Source: an uncultured Candidatus Rokubacteria bacterium
GTDB taxonomy: Bacteria > Methylomirabilota > Methylomirabilia > Rokubacteriales > CSP1-6
Direction: 5' to 3'
Assembly (NCBI GenBank): GCA_963747235.1
Contig: CAVVEU010000008.1
Location: 96,001-160,000 of the forward strand
DNA length: 64,000 nt
Shown piece by piece: positions 1 through 10,504 of the stretch. The stretch's first letter is position 1. Each line of letters begins with the position of its first letter. The translations under genes were made by a program, and so were the position numbers. The notes below the pieces were generated by a model. The model was not told the origin of the DNA. It made no database searches and was given only the letters and a program-made list of their open reading frames with translations.

Positions 1-128
1 ACGTGGACGTGGACTACGTGGGGTTCGTGATCCCGGACGAGTTCGTGGTGGGCTACGGCCTCGACTTCGACGGCCGGCACCGGGAGCTGCCGGATCTGGC
101 CGTTCTGGAGCCCGTCACGCCCTCGTGA
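1..128 (+). CDS. hpt: Hypoxanthine phosphoribosyltransferase, C-terminal part (truncated by window edge)
   Basis: Frame from nt 3 reads [28 protein letters not shown], stop TGA 126-128; usual hpt-ftsH order. Confidence 0.9.
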   Translation, partial: VDVDYVGFVIPDEFVVGYGLDFDGRHRELPDLAVLEPVTPS

Positions 129-169
129 TCCGGGTCGGGGCGCCCCCCGCAACCCCTCGCGCCGTATGA

Positions 170-175
170 TATGAT
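170..175 (+). promoter_or_regulatory. -10 hexamer TATGAT 7 nt before ftsH ATG (probable leaderless promoter)
   Basis: TATGAT-TCCCTGC-ATG(183), no Shine-Dalgarno. Confidence 0.55.
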
Positions 176-182
176 TCCCTGC

Positions 183-1994
<1,812 letters not shown>

Positions 1995-2062
1995 CCCGCA
2001 TAGCCGTTCCGGCGCTTGAGCGGTCCGCGAGGCCTTTCAGACGAACCCGCCCCTCTTTCTAA

Positions 2063-2089
2063 TGCGGGGGCCCAGAAATGGCCCCCGCA
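2063..2089. repeat. Perfect 10-bp inverted repeat (hairpin; terminator- or REP-like)
   Basis: TGCGGGGGCC-CAGAAAT-GGCCCCCGCA. Confidence 0.6.
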
Positions 2090-2206
2090 CTCCCCCAATT
2101 GGCGCGGCCGGCGGACACTCGGTGACAGCCTGGTTCCCCCCGGGCTAGCGGACGCTCGTCCTGGGCCTTTTTCTGTATTTCCGGCTCCCGCGGGCGCCCG
2201 GTGCGG

Positions 2207-2215
2207 TGATAAGTT
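2207..2215 (+). promoter_or_regulatory. Putative extended -10 promoter of the folP operon
   Basis: TG-A-TAAGTT, followed by GGAG at 2222-2225 before ATG 2237. Confidence 0.4.
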
Positions 2216-2236
2216 AGTCGTGGAGCAATCCCCCTC

Positions 2237-3088
2237 ATGAACCGCGCGATCGTGGCAGGAGTGTCGGTCGGCGATGGCCTGGACGTGGCCGTCGTGGGGG
2301 CGCTCAACGTGAGCCCGGAGTCCTTCTATTCGGGCTCGGTGGTCGTGGACGCCGACCGGCTGCTCCAGGCCGGGGAGGCCATGGCTCGGGCCGGGGCGGC
2401 CTGGCTCGACGTGGGGGCCATGTCCACCGCGCCCTATCTGGAGACCCGGATCCCGGAGGCGCAGGAGGCGGACCGGCTCCACTGGGCGGTGGGGCTGCTC
2501 ACCACCAAGCTCGACCTGCCCGTGTCGGCCGACGTGAGCCGCGTGGGGCCGGCCCGGGCCGCGCTCGAGGCCGGCGCCCGCATGATCAACGACGTGACCG
2601 GCCTGGCGGGCGATCCGGGCCTGGCGCGGCTGACCGCCGAGTCGGGGGCCGCTCTCGTGCTCATGGCCGCGCCAGCCACGGCCGCACCCACCGGCGAGCC
2701 CGTGGCCACGGTGAGCGCCGCGCTCGAGCGGAGCCTGGCCATCGCGCGTGCCGCGGGGATCCCCGACGAGCGCATCCTGGTGGACCCGGGCATCGGCTTC
2801 TTCCGCGGCGACGGTGTGACCTGGCCCGAGTGGGACTGCCGCGTGCTGGCGGGGCTGCCCGCGCTGCGCGCGCTCGGCCGCCCGCTCTACGTCGGCGTCT
2901 CCCGCAAGTCGTTCATCGGGGCCGTGGCCGGGGTCGCGGATCCCGCCGAGCGCCTGCCGGGCTCGCTGGCGGCCACCGCCGCGGCGGTGCTGGGGGGCGC
3001 CCACGTCATCCGCGCCCACGACGTGGCCGAGACGGTCCAGGCGGTGCGCGTGGCCCAGGCCATCCGTCGCGCCGCCGAGAGCCGGTAG
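2237..3088 (+). CDS. folP: Dihydropteroate synthase
   Basis: LNVSPESF, INDVTG, DPGIGF, GVSRKSF, IRAHDV motifs; ftsH-folP-glmM synteny. Confidence 0.93.
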   Translation: MNRAIVAGVSVGDGLDVAVVGALNVSPESFYSGSVVVDADRLLQAGEAMARAGAAWLDVGAMSTAPYLETRIPEAQEADRLHWAVGLLTTKLDLPVSADVSRVGPARAALEAGARMINDVTGLAGDPGLARLTAESGAALVLMAAPATAAPTGEPVATVSAALERSLAIARAAGIPDERILVDPGIGFFRGDGVTWPEWDCRVLAGLPALRALGRPLYVGVSRKSFIGAVAGVADPAERLPGSLAATAAAVLGGAHVIRAHDVAETVQAVRVAQAIRRAAESR

Positions 3089-3094
3089 CCCGCC

Positions 3095-3919
3095 ATGTGG
3101 CCCGCGCTCCAGACCTTCCGGCTCCGCGACGCGATCGACATCGTGGTGGTGGCCATCGTGCTCTACCGCGTCTTCGTGATGTTCAAGGAGACGCGCGCGG
3201 TCCAGATGCTGCTCGGCCTGGCCGGCCTCATGGTCGCGTCGTTCGTGGCGCGCCACTTCGACCTCTTCAGCACGAGCTGGCTGCTCGACAACTTCTGGTC
3301 GTTCTGGGTGCTCGCCCTGATCGTGCTCTTCCAGCCCGAGCTGCGCCGCGCGCTCACCCGGCTCGGCGAGAGCCGCCTCTTCCAGGGCATGGCGCTGGGG
3401 GCCCGCGAGGAGCGCGGCCACCTCATCGACGAGGTCATCAAGGCGGCCGACGCCCTGGCCAGCAAGCGCATCGGCGCCCTCATCGTGCTCGAGCGCAGCA
3501 CCGGCCTGCGCAACTACGCGGAGCTCGGGGTGCCGCTCGACGCGATGGTCTCGGCCGACCTGCTCGTGAGCCTGTTCCTGCCGTACTCGCCGCTGCACGA
3601 CGGCGCCGCCTTCATCCGGGGCGACCGGATCGCCGCCGCCGGCTGCTTCCTGCCGCTCTCGCGCAACACCCAGCTCGGCCGCAACATGGGCACGCGGCAC
3701 CGGGCGGGCCTGGGCCTGGCCGAGGAGACCGACGCGGTGGTGCTGATCGTCTCGGAGGAGGCCGGGCGCATCTCGCTCGCGGTGGACGGCCAGATGGAGT
3801 CGCCGCTGGACCTCGACGCGCTCCGCCGCCGGCTGGCCGAGCTCTTTTCCCTGGAAGAAGCGCCGCTCCCGCGCCGGACCGCGTGGTGGGAGCCGGCCCG
3901 GGAGTGGCTCCGCAAATGA
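3095..3919 (+). CDS. cdaA: Diadenylate cyclase CdaA/DacA
   Basis: Three N-terminal TMs, FQPELR, LHDGA and GTRHRA catalytic motifs. Confidence 0.95.
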   Translation: MWPALQTFRLRDAIDIVVVAIVLYRVFVMFKETRAVQMLLGLAGLMVASFVARHFDLFSTSWLLDNFWSFWVLALIVLFQPELRRALTRLGESRLFQGMALGAREERGHLIDEVIKAADALASKRIGALIVLERSTGLRNYAELGVPLDAMVSADLLVSLFLPYSPLHDGAAFIRGDRIAAAGCFLPLSRNTQLGRNMGTRHRAGLGLAEETDAVVLIVSEEAGRISLAVDGQMESPLDLDALRRRLAELFSLEEAPLPRRTAWWEPAREWLRK

Positions 3920-4293
3920 GCGTGCTCACGCGGCACTGGGAGCTCAAGCTGCTCGCCCTGGGCGTCTCCATGGTGCTCTGGGCCTTCGTCATGACGTCCG
4001 AGAAGTCGGACCTGATCATGGCGGCGCCGCTCGAGCTCGACAATGTTCCGGCCGGGCTCGAGGTGAAGGGCGAGCGGCCGGACAGCGTGGACGTGCAGCT
4101 GCACGGCCTGCGCGGAACGCTGTCGCGCCTCGGGAGCGACCGGGTGAAGGCGCGGCTCAACCTGTCAGGATCGAAAGCGGGTGAGGTGACGATGCGTGTG
4201 CTTCCCGAGCAGATCACGGTGCCGGCCGGCATCACGGTGGTGCGGGTGAACCCCTCCCGCGTCCGCCTCGTCCTCGGAGCCCCCCGCTCGTGA
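3916..4293 (+). CDS. cdaR: YbbR/CdaR-like regulator, single YbbR domain
   Basis: ATGA overlap with cdaA; WELKLLAL...LWAFV N-terminal TM; between cdaA and glmM. Confidence 0.8.
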   Translation: MSVLTRHWELKLLALGVSMVLWAFVMTSEKSDLIMAAPLELDNVPAGLEVKGERPDSVDVQLHGLRGTLSRLGSDRVKARLNLSGSKAGEVTMRVLPEQITVPAGITVVRVNPSRVRLVLGAPRS

Positions 4294-5639
4294 CCCGCCT
4301 GTTCGGCACCGACGGGATCCGGGGCCTCGCCAACAAGCCCCCGCTGACCACCGAGCTGGCCTTCCGCCTCGGACGCCAGCTCGTCGCCACCCTGATCCAG
4401 CACGACCCCACCAAGAAGACGCGCCTGGTCGTCGGGCGGGACACGCGGCTCTCCGGGCCCATGCTCGAGGGCGCGCTGGTCTCGGGCGCGCTCTCCGCGG
4501 GCGGCGACGTCTACGCGGTCGGCGTGCTCCCGACCCCCGCGATCGCGTTTCTCACCCGCCGCCTGGAGGCCCACGGCGGGGTGGTGCTCTCGGCCTCGCA
4601 CAACTCGTTCGAGGACAACGGCATCAAGATCTTCTCCTCGGAGGGCTCCAAGTTCCCGGACGCCTGGGAAGAGGAGATCGAGGCGCGCCTGAACCGCCCC
4701 GACACCGCGCCGTGGCCGACCGGCGTGGACATCGGCCGGCTCGTCGTCCACGAGGCGGCGGAGGCCGACTACATCGCGCACGCGCGCGCGTCCTGCCCGC
4801 ACGATCTCCGCGACGTGCGCATCGTGCTGGACTGCGCGCACGGCGCCACCTATCGGGTCGCCCCCGAGATCTTCCGCCGCCTGGGCGCCGACGTGCGGGT
4901 GCTGAACGCGAGCCCCGACGGCCAGAACATCAACCGCGGCGTGGGGGCCATGCATCCGGAGGGGCTGCAGAAGGAGGTCCTGCGCTCGCGGGCCCAGCTC
5001 GGGCTCGCCTTCGACGGTGACGGGGACCGCCTCATCTCGGTGGACGAGGCGGGCCAGATCCGCGACGGCGACTACGCGCTGGCCATCTGCGGGCGGCATC
5101 TCGCGACGCGCGGGCAGCTCAAGGGCGGCACGGTGGTCACCACCGTCATGGCCAACCTCGCGCTCGACCGGACGCTGACCAAGGCCGGCATCGGCCTCGC
5201 CAAGGTCGCGGTCGGGGACCGGTACGTGCTGGAGGAGATGCTGCGCATCGGGGCCAACCTGGGCGGCGAGCAGTCGGGCCACCTGCTCTTCCTCGATCAC
5301 GCCACCACCGGAGACGGCATCGTCTCCGCGCTCCAGCTCATCGGGGTCATGCGCGAGAGCGGCGCCACGCTGGGCGAGCTGGCCCAGTGCCTCGTGAAGT
5401 TCCCCCAGGTGCTCGTCAACGTGCGGGTGAAGATCAAGCCGCCGGTGAACACGATTCCCGATCTCGCGGAGCGGGTGCAGGGGCTCGAGGCCGAGATGAA
5501 CGGCGCGGGGCGGATCCTGCTGCGCTACTCCGGCACCGAGTCGCTCCTGCGCGTGATGATCGAGGGCGAGGAGCAGGCGCGCATCGAGCATATGGCCGAG
5601 GAGCTGGCCGGCATCATCCGCCGGGCCATCGGGGCATGA
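4290..5639 (+). CDS. glmM: Phosphoglucosamine mutase
   Basis: LFGTDGIRG, SASHN, DGDGDR, GGEQSGH, RYSGTE. Confidence 0.96.
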   Translation: MTRLFGTDGIRGLANKPPLTTELAFRLGRQLVATLIQHDPTKKTRLVVGRDTRLSGPMLEGALVSGALSAGGDVYAVGVLPTPAIAFLTRRLEAHGGVVLSASHNSFEDNGIKIFSSEGSKFPDAWEEEIEARLNRPDTAPWPTGVDIGRLVVHEAAEADYIAHARASCPHDLRDVRIVLDCAHGATYRVAPEIFRRLGADVRVLNASPDGQNINRGVGAMHPEGLQKEVLRSRAQLGLAFDGDGDRLISVDEAGQIRDGDYALAICGRHLATRGQLKGGTVVTTVMANLALDRTLTKAGIGLAKVAVGDRYVLEEMLRIGANLGGEQSGHLLFLDHATTGDGIVSALQLIGVMRESGATLGELAQCLVKFPQVLVNVRVKIKPPVNTIPDLAERVQGLEAEMNGAGRILLRYSGTESLLRVMIEGEEQARIEHMAEELAGIIRRAIGA

Positions 5640-6049
5640 GCCGGGTGCTGGGCATCGGGGTGGACCTCACCCAGATGCCCCGGATGCGCCGCGTGGTGGC
5701 CCGCTGGGACGAACGCTTTCTCCGGCGCGTGTTCACCGAGGGGGAGATCGCCTACTGCCGCCGCCGCCGCGATCCGATCCCGCACTTCGCGGCCCGCTTC
5801 GCGGCCAAGGAAGCCACGCTGAAGGCGCTCGGTACCGGCCTCCGCATGGGCGTGAACTGGCGCGAGCTCGAGGTGCGCCGCGAGCGCGGGCAGGCTCCCA
5901 CCATGACGCTCCACGGCAAGAGCCGCGCGATCGCCCTCGCCAAGGGCGGCGACCAGGTGCTGCTCTCGCTCACCCACGACGGCGAGTACGCGATGGCGCA
6001 GGCCATGCTGATCGGCGACGGCGCTGATGACGAGGCGGGGCCCCGGTAG
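5636..6049 (+). CDS. acpS: Holo-[acyl-carrier-protein] synthase
   Basis: GIGVDL, RFAAKEATLKALGTG, LSLTHD. Confidence 0.93.
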   Translation: MSRVLGIGVDLTQMPRMRRVVARWDERFLRRVFTEGEIAYCRRRRDPIPHFAARFAAKEATLKALGTGLRMGVNWRELEVRRERGQAPTMTLHGKSRAIALAKGGDQVLLSLTHDGEYAMAQAMLIGDGADDEAGPR

Positions 6050-6819
6050 TCTCGTGGTTGGTCTCGCCCTCCTCGTCCAGGGTTGCGCGGGGCTGATCAC
6101 GGGGAAGGATTCGACCGAGGCGCCGCCCGCGCCCGCCGCTCCGGCGCCCCGGACTCCGCTCCCGGGCGGGAGCGTGCAGGTCGAGAAGGGCCGGCCCGGC
6201 TTCGTCATCGCGGCCCCGCACGGCACCTCCGACATCGCCACCGACGTGATGGGACGCGCGCTCGCGAAGCTCACCGGGTTCGGCCTGGTGGTCGCGACCG
6301 GCTACGCCAATCTCGACGGCGAGGGCCGGCGCTTCAACGTCAATCGCCCGACCGAGAGCGCGCCCGGCGTCGCCGCGCGCCTCGAGGTGGAGACCGCGGC
6401 CGCACGCCAGGTCTACCAGGACTATCGCCGGCACGTGACCGAGGCCGCCCAGGGCGCGGTCCGGCTCTACGTGGAGGTCCACGGCAACATGCGCCCGGAG
6501 AGCGCGGGCCGCGTGGAGATCGCCACGGTGGGCGTGAGCCGCGACGATGCCTGGCGGCTCAAGACCCTGCTGGAGCTGATCCGCGACAGCCGGCTGCGAG
6601 GGCGACGTGCCGCGCCTCGAGGTGTGGGTGGAATCGCAGGACCCGGTCGTCTACACCGCCTCCGCGGCCAAGCAGTCGGGCATCCTGGCCCAGACGCCGC
6701 TCGCGATCCACATCGAGCTGCCGCGCGTGGCCCGGACCACCCACCGGGAGGCCTACACGACGGTGCTCGCCGACTTCCTCATCCAGTCGGCGGCCCTGCT
6801 GCTGCCGCCTCCCCGCTGA
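6027..6819 (+). CDS. Lipoprotein with putative Zn-hydrolase (N-formylglutamate amidohydrolase / poly-gamma-glutamate hydrolase-like) fold; frameshift near 6600
   Basis: Lipobox-like LVQGC; APHG, EVHG and HIELP motifs; joins ORFs 6027.. and 6607..6819. Confidence 0.6.
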
Positions 6820-6823
6820 CGCC

Positions 6824-8374
6824 GTGCTCCCCGTCTTCACCGCCGCGGAGATGCGGGCGCTCGACGCGCGCGCCATCCGCGAGCTCGGCATTCCCGGGCC
6901 GCGCCTCATGGACCATGCGGGCACCGGCGCGGCCGCGCTCATCGCCCGGTGGCTCGCGCCGATCCGCGGCAAGGTGGTGGTCGTCGTGTGCGGCAAGGGC
7001 AACAACGGCGGCGACGGCTTCGTGGTCGCGCGGCGGCTCAAGGCCCGCGGCGCCGCGATCCGTGTGCTCCTGGTGGGGCGGCGCGCCGAGGTGCGGGGTG
7101 ACGCGGCGGACGCGCTCGGGCGCTGGCGCGGCCGCGTCGAGGAGATCGCGGACCCGCGCGGGCTCGCGGGCGCGCTCGGCGGCGCCGAGCTCATCGTGGA
7201 CGCGCTGCTCGGCACCGGCGTGAGCGGCGCCGCGCGCGGGCCGATTGCCGCCGCCATCGAGGCCATCAACCGCGCCGGCGCGAATGGCGTGCCGGTCGTC
7301 GCGCTCGACCTGCCGTCCGGACTCGACGCCGATCGCGGCGCGCTGCTGGGGCCCACGGTGAAGGCCTGGCGCACCGTCACCTTCGCGGGGCTCAAGCGGA
7401 GCCTGCTGCTCGCGCCGGCGTCCGCGCAGGCCGGCGCCGTCGAGATCGGCGACATCGGCGTGCCCGCCGAGGAAGCGCGCCGGGGCATCACCACGTGGCG
7501 CCTCGAGGCCGCCGACGTGCGCCCGCTCTTTCCGCCGCGGGATCTCGATGCCCACAAGGGCCGCTTCGGCCACCTGCTGGTGGTCGCGGGCTCGCTCGGC
7601 AAGACCGGCGCCGCCGTGCTCGCGGGGCGCGCCGCCCTGCGGAGCGGCGTCGGCCTCTGCACGATCGCCGCGCCCGCCTCGCAGCAGCCCATCATCGCGG
7701 CGCAGGCGCCCGAGTACATGACCGAAGCGCTGCCCGAGACCGCCGCGCAGAGTCTCTCGCTGAAGTCCAGGGATCGCATCCTGGAGCTCGCCCGGCGCAT
7801 GGACGCGGTCGCCATCGGCCCCGGGCTCTCGCTCGATCCGGAAGCCCAGGAGCTGGCGCGGGTGCTGATCCGGGAGCTGGAGCAGCCGATGGTCGTGGAC
7901 GCCGACGCGCTGAGCGCCCTGGCCGGCCACCTCGATCTGCTGCGCCACGCCGCGGGCCCGCGCGCCCTCACCCCGCATCCCGGCGAGATGGCGCGCATGC
8001 TGGGCAGCACGATCGAGGCCGTGCAGGCCGATCGCATCGAGGTGACACGCACGTTCGCGCGCGAGCACGGCGTGGCGATCGCGCTGAAGGGCGCCCACAC
8101 CGTGATCGCCGGTCCGGACGGTCACGTGGCGATCAACCCCACCGGCAATCCCGGCATGGCCAAGGGCGGCTCGGGCGACGTGCTCACCGGGATCGTGGGC
8201 GCGCTGCTCGCGCGCGCGATCGAGCCGGCGGCCGCGCTGCGGGCGGGCTGCTACGTGCACGGCCTGGCGGCCGACGTGGCGGTGCGCGAGCGGGGCGAGT
8301 ACGGGATGCTCGCGAGCGACTTCATCGAGAGCCTGCCCGCCGCCCTCCGCGCGCTCGCGGGGGGCGGGGCATGA
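6824..8374 (+). CDS. nnr: Bifunctional NAD(P)H-hydrate epimerase/dehydratase
   Basis: GKGNNGGDG, DALLGTG, DLPSG, HKG, DADAL, TPHPGE, GGSGDVL; GTG start 6824. Confidence 0.95.
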   Translation: MLPVFTAAEMRALDARAIRELGIPGPRLMDHAGTGAAALIARWLAPIRGKVVVVVCGKGNNGGDGFVVARRLKARGAAIRVLLVGRRAEVRGDAADALGRWRGRVEEIADPRGLAGALGGAELIVDALLGTGVSGAARGPIAAAIEAINRAGANGVPVVALDLPSGLDADRGALLGPTVKAWRTVTFAGLKRSLLLAPASAQAGAVEIGDIGVPAEEARRGITTWRLEAADVRPLFPPRDLDAHKGRFGHLLVVAGSLGKTGAAVLAGRAALRSGVGLCTIAAPASQQPIIAAQAPEYMTEALPETAAQSLSLKSRDRILELARRMDAVAIGPGLSLDPEAQELARVLIRELEQPMVVDADALSALAGHLDLLRHAAGPRALTPHPGEMARMLGSTIEAVQADRIEVTRTFAREHGVAIALKGAHTVIAGPDGHVAINPTGNPGMAKGGSGDVLTGIVGALLARAIEPAAALRAGCYVHGLAADVAVRERGEYGMLASDFIESLPAALRALAGGGA

Positions 8375-8817
8375 GCCCGGCGCGGACGCTCGTCTCGCGG
8401 AGCCCCGAGGAGACCCAGGCCATCGGCGAGCGGCTCGGCGCGCGGCTCACCCCGGGCGCGGTGGTCGCGTGCACCGGCGAGCTGGGGGCGGGGAAGACCT
8501 GCTTTCTCCAGGGGCTCGCGCGCGGGCTCGGCGTCGCCACCGACGTGACGAGCCCGACCTTCGTCCTGATCAACCAGTACCGCGGCCGCCTGCCGGTCTA
8601 CCACCTCGACGCCTACCGCACCGGCAGCCTCACCGAGCTGGTGGACCTGGGGCTCGAGGAGATGCTGCACGGCGACGGGGTGACCGTGGTGGAGTGGGCC
8701 GACAAGCTGCTGCCGCTCCTGCCCGCGGCGCGCACGATCCACGTGCACCTGAGCGGCCTCGGCGACGAGCCGCGCGAGATCCAGATCGAGGAGCCCGTAT
8801 CCGATCCGGCGCATTGA
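8371..8817 (+). CDS. tsaE: tRNA threonylcarbamoyladenosine biosynthesis ATPase
   Basis: GELGAGKT, SPTFVL, HLDAYR, VEWADK. Confidence 0.95.
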   Translation: MSPARTLVSRSPEETQAIGERLGARLTPGAVVACTGELGAGKTCFLQGLARGLGVATDVTSPTFVLINQYRGRLPVYHLDAYRTGSLTELVDLGLEEMLHGDGVTVVEWADKLLPLLPAARTIHVHLSGLGDEPREIQIEEPVSDPAH

Positions 8818-8849
8818 CCGGTCCCGCGCCTGCGTGCTACGCGAGGACC

Positions 8850-9557
8850 ATGGGCGCCACCGGCAACGGGATCGGGCAGTGGCCGGTGGAGGATCGGCCG
8901 CGCGAGCGCCTGTATCACAAGGGGGCCGATTCGCTGGCCGACGCGGAGCTGCTGGCCATCCAGCTCGGCAGCGGGCTGGCGGGGTGCAGCGCGATGGACA
9001 TGGCGCGCGATCTGCTGAGCCGCTACGGGTCGCTGTCGGGGCTGGCCGGCTGTGGCGTGGCCGAGCTCGGCGCCATCCGTGGGGTGGGGCCGGTGAAGGC
9101 GGTGCGGCTCGTCGCGGCCTTCGAGATCACGCGGCGCTTGCGGTCGCGGAACGGCCACGGCCGCGTGGTGCTGGGCAGCCCGGAGCAGGTCTTCGCCCGC
9201 TACGGGCCGCTGATGGAGGATCTCAAGAAGGAAGTGTTCCGTGTGGCCCTGCTGGACGCCCAGAACGGCCTGCTGCGCGACGTGGTGGTCTCGGAGGGCA
9301 CGCTCTCGGCCAGCCTGGTGCACCCACGCGAGGTCTTCAAGCCGGCCATCCTGGAGTCGGCCGCGTCGCTCATCCTCCTGCACAACCATCCGAGCGGCGA
9401 TCCGACGCCCAGCCGGGAGGATCTGCGGCTCACCCGGCAGCTCGTGGAGTGCGCCGAGCTGCTCGACATGCGCATCCACGACCATGTCATCATAGGCCGG
9501 GAGCGGTTCATCAGCCTGGCCCAGCGGGGGGCCTTGGCGAAAGGGGCGGACCTATGA
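8850..9557 (+). CDS. radC: RadC/JAB-domain protein
   Basis: RPRERL, VHPREVF, HNHPSGDPTPS, DHVII. Confidence 0.93.
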   Translation: MGATGNGIGQWPVEDRPRERLYHKGADSLADAELLAIQLGSGLAGCSAMDMARDLLSRYGSLSGLAGCGVAELGAIRGVGPVKAVRLVAAFEITRRLRSRNGHGRVVLGSPEQVFARYGPLMEDLKKEVFRVALLDAQNGLLRDVVVSEGTLSASLVHPREVFKPAILESAASLILLHNHPSGDPTPSREDLRLTRQLVECAELLDMRIHDHVIIGRERFISLAQRGALAKGADL

Positions 9558-9997
9558 AGATCCAGGGCGTGGGGCACGTGGTGCTGAAGGTGCGGGATCT
9601 CGATCGCTCGGCCCGGTTCTACACCGGCGTGCTCGGGCTCAAGGAAGTGGCGCGCTTCCCGGGTCGGATGGTCTTCTTCTCGGCCGGGACCAACCACCAC
9701 GACCTGGCCGTGATGGCGGTCGGCGCGGACGCCCCGAGCCCGCCGGAGCAGGCGGTGGGGCTGGCGCACGTGGCGCTCAAGATCGGCGATTCGCTGGAAA
9801 CGCTGCGGGAGGCCCAGGCCATGCTGGAGGCCAACCAGGTGACGATTCGCGGCCTCCGGGATCATCACGTCAGTCAGTCCATCTACCTCGAGGACCCCGA
9901 CGGCAATACGATCGAGCTCTTCGTGGATGCCGACCCCGCCATCTGGTCCGAGGACCCGACGACGGTGGCCACCTCGAAGCCCTTAACCCTTCGCTAG
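9554..9997 (+). CDS. VOC/glyoxalase family protein
   Basis: GHVVLKVRDL, HHDLA, YLEDPDGNTIEL. Confidence 0.88.
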   Translation: MKIQGVGHVVLKVRDLDRSARFYTGVLGLKEVARFPGRMVFFSAGTNHHDLAVMAVGADAPSPPEQAVGLAHVALKIGDSLETLREAQAMLEANQVTIRGLRDHHVSQSIYLEDPDGNTIELFVDADPAIWSEDPTTVATSKPLTLR

Positions 9998-10225
9998 CTT
10001 CTCGACCTCTTTCTTCGAGAGGCTCTGGATGCGGGTGAGGAGGCCCTTCACCTTCCGCTCCGAGGCGTGATCGGCCAGGATCAGCTTCTTCGACTTCGTG
10101 CCCGTCACGATGTACGCCACCCAGTCGTCGAGGTTCGGCGTGCCACGCCACGCCACCGTGAGCCCGCTGAGCCGCATCCGCTTCCTGCCCTCGACCTTCG
10201 CCAGTGGCTTCCGGCTGGCCTCCAT
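9983..10225 (-). CDS. Small basic hypothetical protein (80 aa)
   Basis: ATG 10225 preceded by strong SD AGAAGGAG; K/R-rich MEASRKPLAKVEGRKRMRLSG...KLAKG; own promoter upstream. Confidence 0.75.
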   Translation of the reverse strand: MEASRKPLAKVEGRKRMRLSGLTVAWRGTPNLDDWVAYIVTGTKSKKLILADHASERKVKGLLTRIQSLSKKEVEKLAKG

Positions 10226-10275
10226 ACGTGATGTTCTCCTTCTGAAAATGTGCACGGGGCGATGAGCGCCCGATC

Positions 10276-10304
10276 ACCTTATGAACCGGTCTCAGCCCTG
10301 TCAA
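10276..10304 (-). promoter_or_regulatory. Sigma70-type promoter of the small basic gene
   Basis: TTGACA(10304-10299)-17 nt-TAAGGT(10281-10276). Confidence 0.75.
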
Positions 10305-10466
10305 GGCTTCGTTTCGCCGCGACTCATGCGTGATTCGGTGCCGGGGGGGCCCCCAGCCTGCGTGAATGTTGTGTTCGGTGATGGGTCTCGTGGCGGTGGA
10401 CGATCAGAGCGTCACTTTTTCGTGCCCCCCCTCTGAAACCGCGTCAGAGCGTGCGTTTTCCGCGAT

Positions 10467-10504
10467 TGTGGATCACTGTGGATAAGTGGATAACCTGTGG
10501 GTTA
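10467..10504. promoter_or_regulatory. Cluster of four same-orientation DnaA boxes
   Basis: TGTGGATCA 10467-75, TGTGGATAA 10477-85 (perfect), AGTGGATAA 10485-93, TGTGGGTTA 10496-504. Confidence 0.75.

Noticed and set aside
2200-2220. Weak resemblance to a dif site (GTGCGGTGATAAGTTAGT)
   Set aside because: Lacks the 11-6-11 XerC/XerD arm structure; better explained as an extended -10
1995-2236. THF, ZTP or c-di-AMP riboswitch before folP-cdaA
   Set aside because: No recognisable consensus, and a promoter-like element lies downstream of the structured part
8850-9557. radC as marker of a mobile or anti-defence island
   Set aside because: Full-length chromosomal type in housekeeping context; no integrase or att sites nearby
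10320-10504. Call as oriC
   Set aside because: No adjacent dnaA/dnaN/gidA, no AT-rich unwinding region or DnaA-trios, and neighbouring housekeeping genes point toward it; kept only as a DnaA-box cluster
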